Shown here: piece after piece, positions 1 to 14,296 of the stretch
Position numbering within the stretch: position 1 is the first letter of the stretch
Layout of the letters: each line of letters begins with the position of its first letter
NCBI GenBank assembly: GCA_951406725.2
Contig: OX597816.1
Location: 128,836,001 to 128,900,000, forward strand
Reading direction: 5' to 3'
From: Octopus vulgaris
Lineage: Eukaryota
Length of the DNA stretch: 64,000 nt
The notes under the pieces: model-generated
Database searches by the model: none
What the model was told of the DNA's origin: nothing
Seen by the model: the letters and a program-made list of their open reading frames with translations, nothing else
Made by a program: the position numbers and the translations under genes

Positions 1-757
1 CTTTTGTTACAGTTTCTATTTGATAGCATGTTTTTATTAAAGGGGTTACTTGACAAACTTGATCATTTCCTGAAATCTTCTGACTAGAAGATTCAGGAGA
101 TTTGTATAACACATTAACCCAATTGATGATTGTAGATCAGATATACAAATTTATCTTGCTTGTTAAGTTCTATTGGAAGGAGGAAGTAAGTGGCTTTCTT
201 AGGCTTATAAATACCTACCAACTGTTCAGAGGACTTTGTTTCTTTGTACAAAGAAAACAAGAAAAGTGGGGTGGAGTCAACAAAGTTTAACTAACAAACC
301 ATTGATAATAGATGTTCTAGAAATTCTTTACACAAGAATTTACAAAATAAGCACAAATTCTTCTTTATTTTATTTTCTCTATATTTTCCTTTTTTTTTTT
401 CCTCTTTGTATAAGCTATGTAAACCCCCATAATTACAAACTGCAGCACCATTCTTTATTGAAGTATATGATTACATCTGTTCTTTCTTGTATTTTTTACT
501 GCTTTTTTTCAGCTGTTGGACTGTGACCATGCTACAGCAATAATTTTTCAATGATTTTTATTGTTTTTGTTTTTTTTATTAAAATCTATAGACAGTATTT
601 TGTTCAGTACTTATCTTTATCAACCTCATAAGAGGTAAATAGAATGATAAAATCAAGCTGAATATTATGGAAAATAACTGAAATACTGAGACTACAAAAT
701 ACTACAGAATATTTTATCCAACACACCATTTGTGGCATCTCTCTCTTTCTCACATGT

Positions 758-790
<33 letters not shown>

Positions 791-1062
791 CATGTGTGTG
801 TGCGAGTGTGTGTGTGTGCATGTGTGAGTGTGTGTGTGTGTAGACATACATATTTATATATGTATATGTAAATATGTATTTATATTTTGCTCAGACAGAG
901 TGATACTAATAACCTGGTGTTACAACTCAACATACGTATATTTCAGAAAGAAGCATTAGCCAAGTACATAGCATAATAAAAATGAAATAAATGTCAAGGG
1001 AACAAGATAATATGTTCATTACATAATTTCTTGTTCCTTATAATTTATTTAATTTTATGTAA

Positions 1063-1230
1063 GTGCAGGCGTGGCTGTGTGGTAAGAAGCTTGCTTCTCA
1101 ACCACATGGTTCTGGGTTCAGTCCCATTGCATGGCACCTTGGGCAAGTGTCTTCTACTATAGCCTAGGGCCAGCCACAGCTTTGTGAGTGGATCTGGTAG
1201 ATGGAAACTTAAAGAATCCTGTTGTGTATA
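1063..1230 (+). mobile_element. tRNA-derived SINE, family A (5' half only)
   Basis: GGCGTGGCTGTGTGGTAAG (A box-like), GGTTCAGTCCC (B box-like), GGCACCTTGGGCAAGTGTC core; more than 10 similar copies in the window. Confidence 0.85.
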
Positions 1231-1377
1231 TATATATATATATATATATATACAAAATTAGAAAATGGAGAAACATACTTAAATCAATCAAACATCAACC
1301 ATCAGATAATACCCAATCAATACTTTATTACACCATTACATAACAGTAAAGGCATTATACAAAATATATTGTAAATA

Positions 1378-3090
1378 TCGTCATCATCATCATCGTTTAA
1401 TGCCCGTTTTCCATGCTAGCATGGGTTGGACAGTTCGACTGGGATCTTGAAAGCCAGGAGGCTGCACCAGACTCCAGTCAGAGCCGGCAATGTTTCTACA
1501 GCTGGATGCCCTTCCTAATGCCAACCACTCCGAGAGTGTAGTGGGTGCTTTTTACATGCCACCAGCACAGGGGCCAGAGGGGGCTGGAATCAACCACAAT
1601 CAGATGGTGTTTTTTACATGCCACCAGCATGGGAGCCAGTCAAAGCAGTGCTAGCATCGACCATGTTTGGATGGTGCTTTTTATGTGCCACTGTCACAGA
1701 AGCCAGTTAGGGCGAGGGGGTTGTCATCAACCACGCTCAGATGGTGCTTTTCACATGCCACTTGCACAGGGACCACAGCTACAACTTCCATTTGATTGGG
1801 ATTTGATTTCATTTTGATGTTGATGTACTTGACTCAATAGGTCTCCTCAAGCCCAGAATGTCGCCCTATGATCCAGGGGTACTTTTTGAGTTGGCTGGTT
1901 GTGTGACACTAGTGTAGGTTACAGCTGTGATCTCACTTTATTTACCGGGTCTTCTCAGTCACAACATATCTCCAGAAATCGCTATCTTTTGTCATTTCCT
2001 CTGTGAGGCCCAACGTTCGAAGGTCATGCTTCTCCACCTCATCCTATGTCTTTCTGAGTCTCCCTCTACCCCAGATTCCTTCCACTGTTAGGGAGTGGCA
2101 CTTTTTCACACAGCTCTCCTCATCTATCCCATAGTACATAACCATACCAATGCAAAAGTCTCTCTTGCATGCGACATCCAAAGCTTCTCATGTCCAATAT
2201 TTCTCTCAGGGTGCTTACACTTTGTCATGAGTGCACACTGACATTACACATCCAGCGGATCATGCTAGCTTAATTTCTTTTGTGCCTATGTATGTCTTCA
2301 GCAGTCATGGCCCATATTTCACTGCCATGAAGCATGGCAGTTCGCACACATGCATCATACAATCTACCTTTCAATCTGAGCGTGAGGCCCTTTGTCACCA
2401 GTAGGGGTAGAAGCTGTCTGAACTTTTTCTATCTAAAGCATTAACTTTTACCCTTGTAGCAGTTGATTATGGTGCTGCTACACCAGTCATTGGGTATGAC
2501 CCCATCATGAACTACCTGGTTTACAATACGGGTGACTAGGCCATAGCCCACACCACCAGATGTATTAAGCATCTCAGCAGTGATTCTTGTTGGGCCGATT
2601 CTTTTCCTGGCTTCATACCCTTAATTACTTTATCTACCAGGGTGCTGTCTATTCAGATAGCAGATCCCTCTACTGGGTCAACATTTGGCAGGCTCTCCTC
2701 CACCCATTCATTCTCCACATTCAGCAGTCTTTCATAATGGCTTCTCCAAGCCTCTTTCTTTTCTGAATCATTAAAAGCAAGTGCACCATCATCCATGTGG
2801 ACACATTTCTCTCCTGTGATATCACAATTTTCTCTCACACACTGTCTTGCAAACTGAAATACTTCAGTTGTTTGGACCTCATGTCGCTGGATATTGGCAA
2901 ACTTCTTCCTTTCTGCTTCACCCTTGACTATGTATACCGGTCACCCAGCCTCCCTTCTGGTTATCTGGTACAGTTCCTTGCTATCCCTACCCTTCCAGGC
3001 TTTCCAGGCCTGTTTCTTTGCTCTAATGGCTTTGTCTACCATATTATTCCACCACTACGTTACTCTAGGTCTGGAAGGGACTTTGCATCA
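1378..3090 (-). mobile_element. RTE-clade LINE relic with 3' UTR and (GAT)n tail; RT core deleted near 2430
   Basis: ORF 2653-2838 (EKKEAWRSHYERLLNVENEW) resembles the RTE EN-RT linker; 2290-2430 matches the RTE C-terminal fragment at 57925-58140; CATCATCAT on + at about 1380. Confidence 0.85.
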
Positions 3091-3114
3091 TTCTATATAT
3101 ATATTTTTATATCT

Positions 3115-3270
3115 TTTTATTCTTTTACTCGTTTCAGTCATTTGACTGCAGCCATGCTGGAGCACTGCCTTTAGTCAGACAAATTAACTTCAGGACTTAA
3201 TCTTTGTAAGCCTAGTCTTATTCTATCAGTCTCTTTTGCTGAACTGATAAGTTACAGAGACGTAAACACA
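3115..3270 (-). mobile_element. SINE family A, 3' half
   Basis: GTTTCAGTCATTTGACTGCAGCCATGCTGGAGCAC is the reverse complement of the family A tail. Confidence 0.8.
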
Positions 3271-3751
3271 TAGGAAAAGATACATTTTCCTATGTAACCT
3301 TCTTTTGTTGTGTCAATAAATGAGAGTCAAAGACAAAGAGAAAATAGCGTTGAAGTTAATGAGTTTTTAATCCTTTCAAAGAATCTTTGCATTTAAATTG
3401 AATATATTATGAATTATATTATATTATATATTATGCTATATTATTATACTATATTATATATCATATATTATGTATTATAAATGGGCAAATAATTTGAATT
3501 TAAAATTCTGCCTTTTTAGTGTCAGTAAAAGTGATGGGTATTGAACTAGTAATAATGAAAATTTTCAAACAACAAGATTTATTAATGGAAATTGTTATTC
3601 TTTAAAGTATTGTATGACTATTATACTATTGAATTTATCATTTAAATATGTTTGAATTAACATTTGCTTTTGTTTTAAGACATTAATTGTCTTTATTGCA
3701 CATATATTTTTGTAGTTCCTACAACTCAGACTAAAATAAAGTACTTAGCCT

Positions 3752-4885
3752 TGTGTGTGTGTGTGTGTGTGTGTGTGTGCATATACTCGCATACACATAT
3801 GTATAATATGCAAGCATACATATATGCACATATTCATGCATGCATACATACATACATACATACATGCATGCATGCATGCACGCACACACACACATACACA
3901 CATACATACATACATACATACATACATACATACATACAAATACATAAATTCATATATATACAAGGACAATAAATTTAATTCTTATTTATTATTTTATTCT
4001 TTTCAATTTCTGTTCAAGCTTAGTTTTTTTTTGTTGTTTTTTTTTCCTTTTTTAACACACAGAATGCATTGAATTATTTAAATCAACAGTTGAATAAACT
4101 AGTGGGGGAGATGAAAGGCAAAGTTGGTTTGATAGGTTTATGACCTCAGAATATAAAAAGACAAAACCAAATCAAAATAGTGAAAGGCATTTAGTAAGTC
4201 ACTTTATCCTCTTGGCACTAGAAGTTGCCAAAATTATTATGATCTTCCATCAACAATTGATGAAGGGAATGTCCCTGCAGTATAAGCAATATATACATTA
4301 TTATTTCTATGTCAGTAGATGTCTACATTTTGAATTCTATTTCTTGCATCATTATATAGTTGAGCCTCTGTGTGTGTGTGTGTGTGTGTAAGCCTATATG
4401 TATACATGTATGTATGTATGCCTGTCTGTATGTATGCATTTAAGTATGCACTTATGTATTTATGTATTTATGCATGTATGTATGTATGTATGTACTTATG
4501 TATGTACATATGTATGCATGTATGTATGCTTTTATGTATGTACATATGTATGCATGTATGTATGTATGTATGTAGGTATGTATGTGTAAGTCCATATGAA
4601 TCTATGTATGTGCATACTTGTATATGAATGTACATATACATACATATACATGTATGTACATATATATGTACGTATGCATGCATGTATATTATATATATGT
4701 AGATAGGTATGTTTGTATGTGTATATATGCATATGCATGTATATGTATATATATGTATGCATATGTGTGTGTGTGTATATATATATACATACGTATATAT
4801 ATATATATATATGTAGCTATGTGTGCATGTGTATGTCAGTGTATGTACACATGCATGCATACCTGCATATATGTATGTATACATG
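3752..4885. repeat. Compound microsatellites (GT)n, (CATA)n, (TATG)n, with unique sequence at about 3960-4365
   Basis: Directly visible; source of the VCMY/HTYI ORFs. Confidence 0.9.
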
Positions 4886-5849
4886 TAGAAAGTGGAAAGG
4901 GTGTAAATCCAATGATCATTGCCAACTGCTGAAGTATACACAGAGTTGAACCAGTTTATACAATTAGTGGCATAACACGGATCAATAAGACAAAAACAAA
5001 AAAAAATCTACAAGTATTAACGTAGGAAGTAAATGAAATAAGGAGAATATCAGTAAAAGTTATCTCTGCCAACATCTCTGAATGAAAACATGAACCTGTG
5101 TAACCTAATCAGCACTGGGAACAGAGCCAGTATTAATATAATGTCAAGAGTTTAAAGTGGTTGCAAGGTATGTTGAAAACTACTGCATTTCCTGAAGACA
5201 AAAGGTATTCACTCTGTACAAAAGGTAGATTATGCAGAAGTGCCAATATTTTATTCTGATTTGAGAGGACTCAATCTCAACACTGTAAACCATAAATGTA
5301 CATGCCAACTGTCACTCTGGTGTGCTACTATAAAGCCATTCTCTCTCATCTTACCTGCTTTGCTGCTAGTTAAGTAGGACATGAAATGAATTAATGTTAT
5401 ATTTAAAGCAAGGTACAGAGCTTAGAGCTTTGCCAATCAAGAGATCGACCAATTATCCACTCAACTGCAAATGTTTGAATGTTTTCATAAGAAAACTAAT
5501 GCTTTCTAGCTGCCAATTGTAACTAGTATATACACCTATGACTTAAGAGTAAAGATTTAAGGTTATTGTAATTGAAGTATCATATGTCACATGTGTAACA
5601 TAAAAATTGAGTGACTATTATGAGAAACATCAAAGATTAGACACACATTTAGAATTGTGCATCTAGACTTTTCCACATATTTTACCAGCCCAATAAATTT
5701 AAATAATATATATAAAGAGAGATAAATAGATAGAAAGATAGATAGAGAGATAGATCGATCGATAGATAGATAGATAGATAGAGAGAGAGGGGGGGATGGT
5801 AAGGCAGCAAGCTGGCAGAATCGCTAGCACTTTGGGCAAAATGTTTAGC

Positions 5850-6190
5850 AACAATGTCACAACCTCTACCAACAATGCAGCTACACATATGCAGAAATAT
5901 GTCACAGCAACAAGGGGCTTCTTAAAGGCCAAGTTTAATAATCACAGATCTTCTTTTAGAATCCAAGATAGGCACAATGTTACAATTTTAACCAGATATA
6001 TACGGCAATTAATAGAGGAAGCAAAGTTACTGGAACAGTATGAGCCATATCTGAATGGAAGTAAAAAATACTGGATCTGCTTAGCTGAGAGGAGAATCAT
6101 TCTAAAAATTTCACACAATCTGAGTACTTTTGTAAACTCAAAAAGTGATATTTTCAGATGCTGCCCTCACAAGTGAAAATTCATTTTGGT
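5850..6190 (+). mobile_element. Penelope-like element, GIY-YIG endonuclease fragment
   Basis: ORF 5796-6176: FLKAKFNNHRSSFR, TILTRYI, PYLNGSKKYWICLAERRII, NSKSDIFRCCPHK; typical PLE EN C-terminal half. Confidence 0.8.
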
Positions 6191-6577
6191 GGTCATGTTA
6201 AATTTTAAATTAGGAATGACATGTATACATACACACACACACATACAGAGCTTATACACTTCATCTAAAGCAAACTCCAACTCATTTTTTTATTTCTGTT
6301 TTGTTACATTGACCAGTGGCACATCGTGTCCCTGAACAAAACACTTCACTTCACATTGATCCAGTCCTGAAAAAATTAGCAATACCTGTAATACAAAAGG
6401 TCAGCCTTGTCACCAACCCATCCAGAGTTTATATATGCTGCAAACATACATGAAGTTATGTGCTTCTGTCCAGTATATCTGAAGAACTATCAGTATTGCC
6501 AAGATGCAATAATTGGCATAAAACCAATGGTGACATTTGGACTAGTTATATGCCATAACCAGTAATATACTGGTTGA

Positions 6578-6830
6578 GTGGCACTCCATCGGTTACAATA
6601 ACTAGGGTTCCAGTTGATTTGATCTGATCAACAGACCAGCCTACTTGTGAAATTAACATGCAAATGGCTGAGTGCTCCACAGACACTCATACCCTTAATG
6701 TAGTTCTCAAGGAGATTCAGCATGACACAGAAGGTGACAAGGCTGACCTTTTGTATTACAGGTGCTTTTCATTTTTGTTAGGTGAATGGACTGGATCAAC
6801 GTGAAGTGTTTTGCTCGGGGATACAACACA
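6578..6830 (-). mobile_element. SINE family E, partial
   Basis: Matches 44740-44990 (GGCACTCCATCGGTTAC...CCCTTAATGTAGTTCTCAAGGA). Confidence 0.8.
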
Positions 6831-7214
6831 CATACTGGTTGATGATAAATGTGTGTGTGTGTGTGTGTGTGCATGTGTGTGCACATGCACACGTGTGTGT
6901 ACATGTGAATATGTAAAGTCATGATGTGTTACTCATAACGTTCTATATGATTTGCTCTAAGCTGTTTCATATCTCTGATGGATGAACATGCGTGGGTGTT
7001 CTTGTTAAGAAAGTAATAATCAGTTGAAACATCAAACGGTTTGCATGTTCATTGAGGATTTAATTAGGCACTGTGTTGTTCCGAATGAACTGCAAGGGAC
7101 TCATACTAAAATAGACAAAAATAGAAAAGAAAAGAAAACTAATTATAAAGTGAAAACTAAAACTAAAACACAGTCGTGATCTCAATTCTGTGATTAAAAG
7201 CTATTCCATATGTG

Positions 7215-7233
7215 CAAACACACACACACACAT

Positions 7234-7269
<36 letters not shown>

Positions 7270-7270
7270 G

Positions 7271-7368
<98 letters not shown>

Positions 7369-7510
7369 TATTTACATATACTTACAGATATACATATATA
7401 AATGCACATACAGAGAGATACACACACAAGCACAATGAGACACACACACATATGTATTATATATATATATATTATATACACATACACACCACATGTGCAC
7501 ACACACATAG

Positions 7511-7561
<51 letters not shown>

Positions 7562-7570
7562 CAGAGACAG
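7215..7570. repeat. (GATA)n/(GACA)n and (CA)n/(TA)n/(GA)n microsatellites
   Basis: Directly visible. Confidence 0.95.
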
Positions 7571-8028
7571 AGTATGTGTGAGTACGAGTATACTTATATG
7601 TGTAGCATTGTCTCTACTGGTGTTATTATACACTCGTATATCAATCAAAGTAAATATCAATAAAAGTTATATTCCTTTTATAAGTGAAATGAACCCCTTC
7701 TTGGAAGAACAGAGCAACTAAATTATTGAAGCAGTGGAAGCAAAATCAATTCTGGTTAGCAGAACTTGAAAAAGAATGTGTTTATTATGAAAATACTCGG
7801 TGGAATTGGAAATAAATCACCCATGAAATCTATCACTCACTGCTTTTCGAAACTATGGCCTTTTTTCTTGGAGGTGTGGCATTAAAACATATTCCCAAAA
7901 GTACTCCCAAACAGCCAACTGCATTGGAAAGTTTTGTGAAGCCAAATGTAGAGAAAGAGAGAGAGAGAGAAGACAGACAGAAAGAAAGTTAGAAAGGGGA
8001 AGGTATGGATATATACATATATATATAC

Positions 8029-8083
<55 letters not shown>

Positions 8084-8479
8084 CATACAAGGAATGAAAG
8101 AGAAAGATTGAAATGAAATAAAGTTTCTGTTTACTTATTTATTTTTCTCTCTGATAAAGACTCATCTGCATGAAAAACATGCAATAAGGTATTCTCAAAA
8201 ACACCACCAACACAAAATAACAAGATTTCTTTCACACGAATCTGTGGAACTCATACTTCATTCATTTGTTCGTTCATTCATTCTTCTGCGGGGGGGTTTG
8301 TTTGTTTTTTTATTTGTTTTTTTTTTTATATTTTTTTATTTTTATTTTTTAGAAAATATTTCTTGCTCTATGTTATGTGCTTATTCTCTTCAAGCATTGA
8401 TAAAGTACTCTTATAATTTAATAACCACCTAGAAACTTCTATTCAAATGTTGCAACATACAGTCTAATATACAAACACA

Positions 8480-8745
8480 TGCACATGTATGTGTGCGTGT
8501 GTGTGGTGTGTGTGTCTGTGTGCGTGTGTGTGTGTATATATATATATATATTGTATATATATGTATTTGTATGTGTGTATATATATTTGTGTGTGTATGT
8601 GTATTTATATATTTATGTATATATGTATGGGCATGTATGAATGTATATATACATAGACATATGTGTGTGTGTCTTGTGCATGTGTATGTGTTTTTATGTG
8701 TATATAATATGTATATCATACATACACACACGTACACACACATAC

Positions 8746-8792
<47 letters not shown>

Positions 8793-8962
8793 TAGGTTGA
8801 TAGACAGACAGATAGACAGCCAGATAGATAGGTTGATAGACAGACAGACAGATAGACAGCCAGATAGATAGGTTGACAGACAGACAGACAGATAGACAGC
8901 CAGATAGATAGGTTGATAGATAGACAGACGGACGGACGGACGGACGGACGGACGGACGGATG

Positions 8963-9018
<56 letters not shown>
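8480..9018. repeat. Compound (GT)n/(TA)n then (GATA)/(GACA)/(GACG)n array
   Basis: Directly visible; includes a higher-order unit of about 40 bp repeated at 8790-8925. Confidence 0.95.
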
Positions 9019-9019
<1 letters not shown>

Positions 9020-9775
9020 TTGGATGTGACTATTAGATGTGACTGAATGATGTTGGAATAGATGCTACTAGATTGTTATTAAATTAGAAAACTAAGTGGA
9101 CCAGAGAAGTTAAAAATCTCGCCAACATAGTAAACTGCCGGAACAAAGCACCTTCAGCACACAGAATGCAAATAAATGCCAAGAAAACAAAGCTGCTGAC
9201 CATCAACATAAGTGGATTTAGAAATATATCAATACACGTGGCCACAAGCCAATGCAAGTGTTTCTAGATGGTCACTTCAAGCTGCCGAAATTAGTGGTCA
9301 AATCTCTCATAAATCACACTGTTCCATCTTAGAAATGGAATAGTACTTTAGATTATGTAGTCCAATATAGACTATCATTAAAATATATGTGACAGAATGG
9401 TCAAGGCTAGAACATATTTGACCATAGGTCTGCTTGATTAGTTATGGCTGAGCTGATATGAGTGACCAACATATATTATTATGGTGATGGTGATCATGAT
9501 CACCATCATTGTTTTAATGACCTCATTTCCATGCTCACATGGGTCACACAGAATTTGCTGGCAGGGATTTTCAACACTCTGATGATGCCCACGATGTCAC
9601 CAACACTCACATGTTTCTAAGTAAGGTAATATTTGCCATTTACTATATATGTTTTCTTGGAAAATTGGAAATGAAGTGTACCATTTGCATGATGGTGACT
9701 CTATTTGTAACTCTCATGTGACATCAAGACAAAAAAACAGTAGCACACTTATATACATACACACACACACACAGT

Positions 9776-9820
<45 letters not shown>

Positions 9821-9822
9821 GT

Positions 9823-10136
9823 CAGGCATGGTTATATGGTAAGAAACTTGCTTCTCAACCACATGGTGCTGGGTTTAGTCCCACTGCATGGTACCTTGCG
9901 TAAGTGTCTTCTATTATAGCCTTAATCCACCATCATCATTGTTCAACCGTGGTTGAGACAATGGAATTTACTATGTTACGCCAGACTTCATGGTCCATCA
10001 TAGCATTACGGAGGTCCTGTTGCTGGATGCCTGTATCCTTGGAGATTGCATCAGGGTAGGAGAGTGTGCGCCTTAATCCAACCTAAACCTTGTCAATGGA
10101 TTTGGCCGATGGACAGAAACTGAAAAGAAGCCCATC

Positions 10137-10197
<61 letters not shown>

Positions 10198-10440
10198 TAA
10201 AATTATGTGTGACTTTGTGTCTGTCTCCCCCCCCTCCCCACTACCATTGCTTTGCAACCAATGTTGGTATGATTATATCCTCACAACTTAGGCAGTTCAA
10301 CAAAAGAGTCCAGTAGAATAAGTACCAGGCTTACAAAGAATAAGTCCTGGAGGCGATTTCTTCAGCTAAAAAGGCAGAGCTCCGGCATGGCTGCAGTCAA
10401 ATGACTGAAACAAGTAAAAGAATAAATGAATAAAAGAATA
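9823..10440 (+). mobile_element. SINE family A, full length, interrupted by an RTE 3' fragment
   Basis: Head 9823-10140, (TA)n, tail 10205-10440. Confidence 0.85.
9930..10069 (-). mobile_element. 5'-truncated RTE-type LINE 3' end with 11-bp TSD
   Basis: TSD GCCTTAATCCA at 9919-9929 and 10070-10080; minus frame TLSYPDAISKDTGIQQQDLRNAMMDHEVWRNIV; (GAT)n tail. Confidence 0.8.
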
Positions 10441-11089
10441 TACATACATATATATATGATTTTGATTTTGATTTTTCCAGTTTCAGCTAATGAGCTGTGG
10501 CCATGCTGGGGTACCGCCATATATATATATACACACACATATATATTTATGATTTATGTACCCATGCATGTGTATGTATATGTATATGTATGTTTCTAAG
10601 TTTGCATGTGTTTATGTATATAAGTATATATGTATGCACATCTTTGTGTTTGTTTCCCCACTTGACAACTTGTATTGGTTTGCTTACATACCTATAACTA
10701 AGTGGTTTGGCAAGACATGGTCAATAGTCTAAGTACAAGACCAAAATAAGTACTGGCATTGATTTGTTCGACTAAACCCTTAAAAGAAGTTCCTTCACAT
10801 GATCACAGTGAAATGACTGGAATACAGACAGACTGATACACAGACAGACAGACACACACACACATATAGACAGACAGATGAATAGACAGAAAGTCAGACA
10901 GACAGACAGACAGATAGATAGATAGATAATATTCATGTGGCTGTGTGGTAAGTTTGCTTCCCAACCACATGGTTCCAGGTTCAGTCCCACTGCATGGCAC
11001 CTTGGGCAAGTGTCTTCCTCTATAGCTTTGGGGTGACCAAAGACATGTGAGTGGATTTGGTTGGCAGAAACTGAAAAGAAGCCTGTCGG

Positions 11090-11303
11090 AGCACTGCATC
11101 CTTCAAAACTTCCGTGCTTTCTGAGATTCGCCAACACTACACCTGATTTTCTCCCCTCCATACACACACAAGCATGTATCTGACTCATACACTGTTCGCT
11201 TTCCAGACATTTGTACATTACTGCATGTACTTTATATGCACTTTCTGACAAGTTGTGGTGCACCCGAGCACTGTATACAATAATTTCATTATTATTATTA
11301 TTA
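11090..11303 (+). mobile_element. LINE 3' end (CR1/L2-like) with (ATT)n tail
   Basis: TGTGGTGCACCCGAGCACTGTATACAATAATTTCATTATT recurs at 15220-15262; clade assignment is tentative. Confidence 0.55.
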
Positions 11304-11317
11304 TAAATATATATAGA

Positions 11318-11660
11318 AGGCGCATGGCTCAGTGGTTAGTGCGTCGAGCTTACGATCGTGAGGTTGTGAGCTCGAATCCCGGACCGGGCTGTGTGTTGTG
11401 TTCTTGAGCAAGGCACTTTATTTCACGTTGCTCCAGTTCACTCAGCTGTAGAAATGAGTTGCGACGTCACTGGTGCCAAGCTGTATCGACCTTTTGTCTT
11501 TCCCTTGGATAACACTGGTGGCGGGGAGAGGGGAGGCTGGTATGCATGGGCGACTGCTGGTCTTCCATAAACAACCTTGCCCGGACTTGTGTCTAGGAGG
11601 GTAACTTTCTAGGTGCAATCCCATGGTCATTCATGACCGAAGGGGGCGTCTTTTACCTTT
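11318..11660 (+). mobile_element. Young tRNA-derived SINE, family C
   Basis: TGGCTCAGTGG A box, GCTCGAATCCC B box, CpGs retained, GTGTTCTTGAGCAAGGCACTT core. Confidence 0.85.
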
Positions 11661-12030
11661 ATATATACATATATATGTGTGTGTGCATGTGTTTGTTCCC
11701 CAATACTGCTTGACAACCAGTGCTGATGTGTTTACATCTTTGTAACTAAGAAGTTTGGCAAAAAGACTGATAGAATAAGTACTAAGTTTAAAAACTAAAA
11801 AGTACTGGGATCAATTCAATTGACTAAAATACTTCAAGGTCGTGCTCCAGCAAGGCCGCAGTCTAATAACTGAAACAATTAAAATAATAAATGAATATAT
11901 ATATATAAATGATATATATATATATATATGTATAAATTTTTATATAAATAAGGATAAGATCATTATTTAAAATACTGATAGTGGCCAGCATGGGAATAAA
12001 AATCTTATAGGTATTAATTATAATTATACT

Positions 12031-12169
12031 TAAGGGTATCTAAGAGATACCACCATGCTAGAAACAGCAGTCAAAACTTTTCACTTTGTGCTGTATGAAT
12101 GCATGAAGTGGTTTTAGAGTCAAGTTTTGACTGCTATCTCTAGCATGGTGGTATCTCTTAAATACCTTA
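12031..12169. repeat. Inverted repeat, arms about 49 bp, 42-nt spacer
   Basis: 12031-12079 matches the reverse complement of 12122-12169 with few mismatches. Confidence 0.9.
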
Positions 12170-12179
12170 TTACAATTTT

Positions 12180-12215
<36 letters not shown>

Positions 12216-12269
12216 ATATATATATATACACTTATATACACACATACATACATGCACACATACATACAT

Positions 12270-12309
<40 letters not shown>

Positions 12310-13118
12310 ACATACATACATACAAGCATATCTATAAGTACACTCTACTACATTTAGCACACTTGTTATACATTTCTAATAGAAATGTATGGAGTTGGTT
12401 AATATTTGTTGATAAATGTTGTTTATATATTTATATCTATCATTTCACTGATTGTTACTTGCTTTTCCTATGAAATTCTGAAATCTTTCTCTACAAGCCT
12501 AATCACCACACATACAACCAACTACATACTCACCAAAACACAGACACAAACACACAAACATATATACATACACCATGCACATGTATGCGTATACATGCAT
12601 TTTCACACACTCTTCTTACATATACATAATACAATAAGTAAGATCATATATTTACAGCTGACATTCTATTTGTCCATGGATAAGTCTCTCAGATTATGTT
12701 TGCATTGCAGACAAGCTGGTGCCATTCCTATTTCTGTACTTTCTTGGGATCATTATGGTAAGGTTTACTGACAGAGAAATTTATACAGCTCACTCTATCA
12801 TGTTGCTTGCGTTCTATTAATATATTTGCCCAAGGCACTTTAGTTGCTATTGTCTGTATACTTGAAAAAAACATATCCTTTATCGTTTTGTTCATTAAAC
12901 TGTGGCCATGCTGGGGCACCACTTTAACGAATTGACTACAGTACTTATTTATTTTTTTTTTCTACCAAACTTTTTTGCAAAACTGTTAAGTTATAGGGAT
13001 GTAAACACTCCAACACTGGTTGTCAGGCAAAGGTGGGGGAACAAACACACACACACAACACACACACACACATAGATATATGTTTGTATATACATATTTA
13101 TATATAGAGAGAGAGAGA

Positions 13119-13254
13119 CAGGGGCGGACTGAAGCATAACTGTTTACAGGTCCCCTTTGAATGTTTTAGTAGAGTTAGCATGTAGAGTGCAGACCCCTCA
13201 GAACTCTGGACCCTCAAGCAGTGCCTGACTGACCAACAGCTCAGTCTGTCCCTG
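13119..13254. mobile_element. hAT-like MITE
   Basis: TIRs CAGGGGCGGACTGA and TCAGTCTGTCCCTG (12/14 match); TSD obscured by microsatellite. Confidence 0.65.
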
Positions 13255-13529
13255 TTTATAGATATGATGGACTCTCCTATCATATGAGCATTCAGCTTTT
13301 TGCCAAACAACCTGCACAAATGATTTGTTTATAATGATTAAATGTTTGTGCACCATGCATCATGTGTTAAAGTAATCATAGAGTAAGGTAAGATGAAGGA
13401 TTTTGCTCTAGAACACAACACACAGTCTAGGAATTGAAACCACAATCTCGTGATCATGAGTAGAGCACCCTAACCACTAGGTCATACCCTATCACCTATG
13501 TATACACATATATATATTTATATATATAA

Positions 13530-13567
<38 letters not shown>

Positions 13568-13691
13568 GGATTATTATGAAGTAGAGCATAGCATTACCTT
13601 TAATTCCTATATATATATAGATAGATAGATAGATAGATATAATTATAAAATTATAAGGGTAACTACTGAGTAATGCCACATAATTATATTT

Positions 13692-13920
13692 ATGGCGAGC
13701 TGGCAGAAACGTTAGAACACCGGGCGAAATGCGTAACCATATTTCGTCTGTCGTTATGTTCTGAGTTCAAATTCCGCTGAGGTCGACTTTGCCTTTCATC
13801 CTTTCAGGGTCGATAGATTAAGTACCAGTTGCGCACTGGGGTTGATGTAATCGACTTAATCCGTTTGTCTGTCCTTGTTTGTCCCCTCTGTGTTTAACCC
13901 CTTGTGGGTAGTAAAGAAAT
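13692..13920 (+). mobile_element. SINE family B (Nin-domain-like)
   Basis: GGCGAGCTGGCAGAAACG head, GAGTTCAAATTCC B box, GACTTTGCCTTTCATCCTTTC...AAGTACC domain; flanked by TATATTTAT on both sides. Confidence 0.85.
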
Positions 13921-14296
13921 ATATATTTATAAATTTAAATACTTTGTATTAATTTTTTCTTAAATTGGTTTTTACATGTTGGCTACTTGATAAAGATCCT
14001 ATATAGATTTTACCCTTGATTATAATTGATATAGATATATACTATAATACCGGTGCAATTTCTTCTATAATACTGGTACAGCTTTCTTCAGGCTCTTCAC
14101 TTTAATATTTTTTGATTTAACTGTTAAAAGATTTTTACTTATCTACTCTGCATCGTATGATATGTAGTTGTTCATTAATTTAGACACAAACTATATTCAG
14201 TTGAACTTATGCTTGGATAATCACTTGTAGCCAGTTATTTCAAAACATTCTGTTCTTTAAATGTTTATTACTCATTTATATATACATATATATATG

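Larger units (their letters stand above)
10935..11885 (+). mobile_element. SINE family A split by nested insertions (head 10935-11090, tail 11680-11885)
   Basis: Head and tail match the full copy at 15570-15975. Confidence 0.75.

Noticed and set aside
4905-4985. Minus-strand GATCC..GCCA..TGGC-AATGATCATT-GGAT, HHR-like topology
   Set aside because: Both core boxes are too degenerate
6472-6540. CTGAAGA followed by a TGCCAA/TTGGCA stem downstream of the PLE EN
   Set aside because: Spacing is wrong, GAAA is absent and there is no helix I
6960-7060. CTGATGG with a 10-bp stem ATGAACATGC/GCATGTTCAT
   Set aside because: The stem is real but the HHR core is not met (A9 and GAAA missing)
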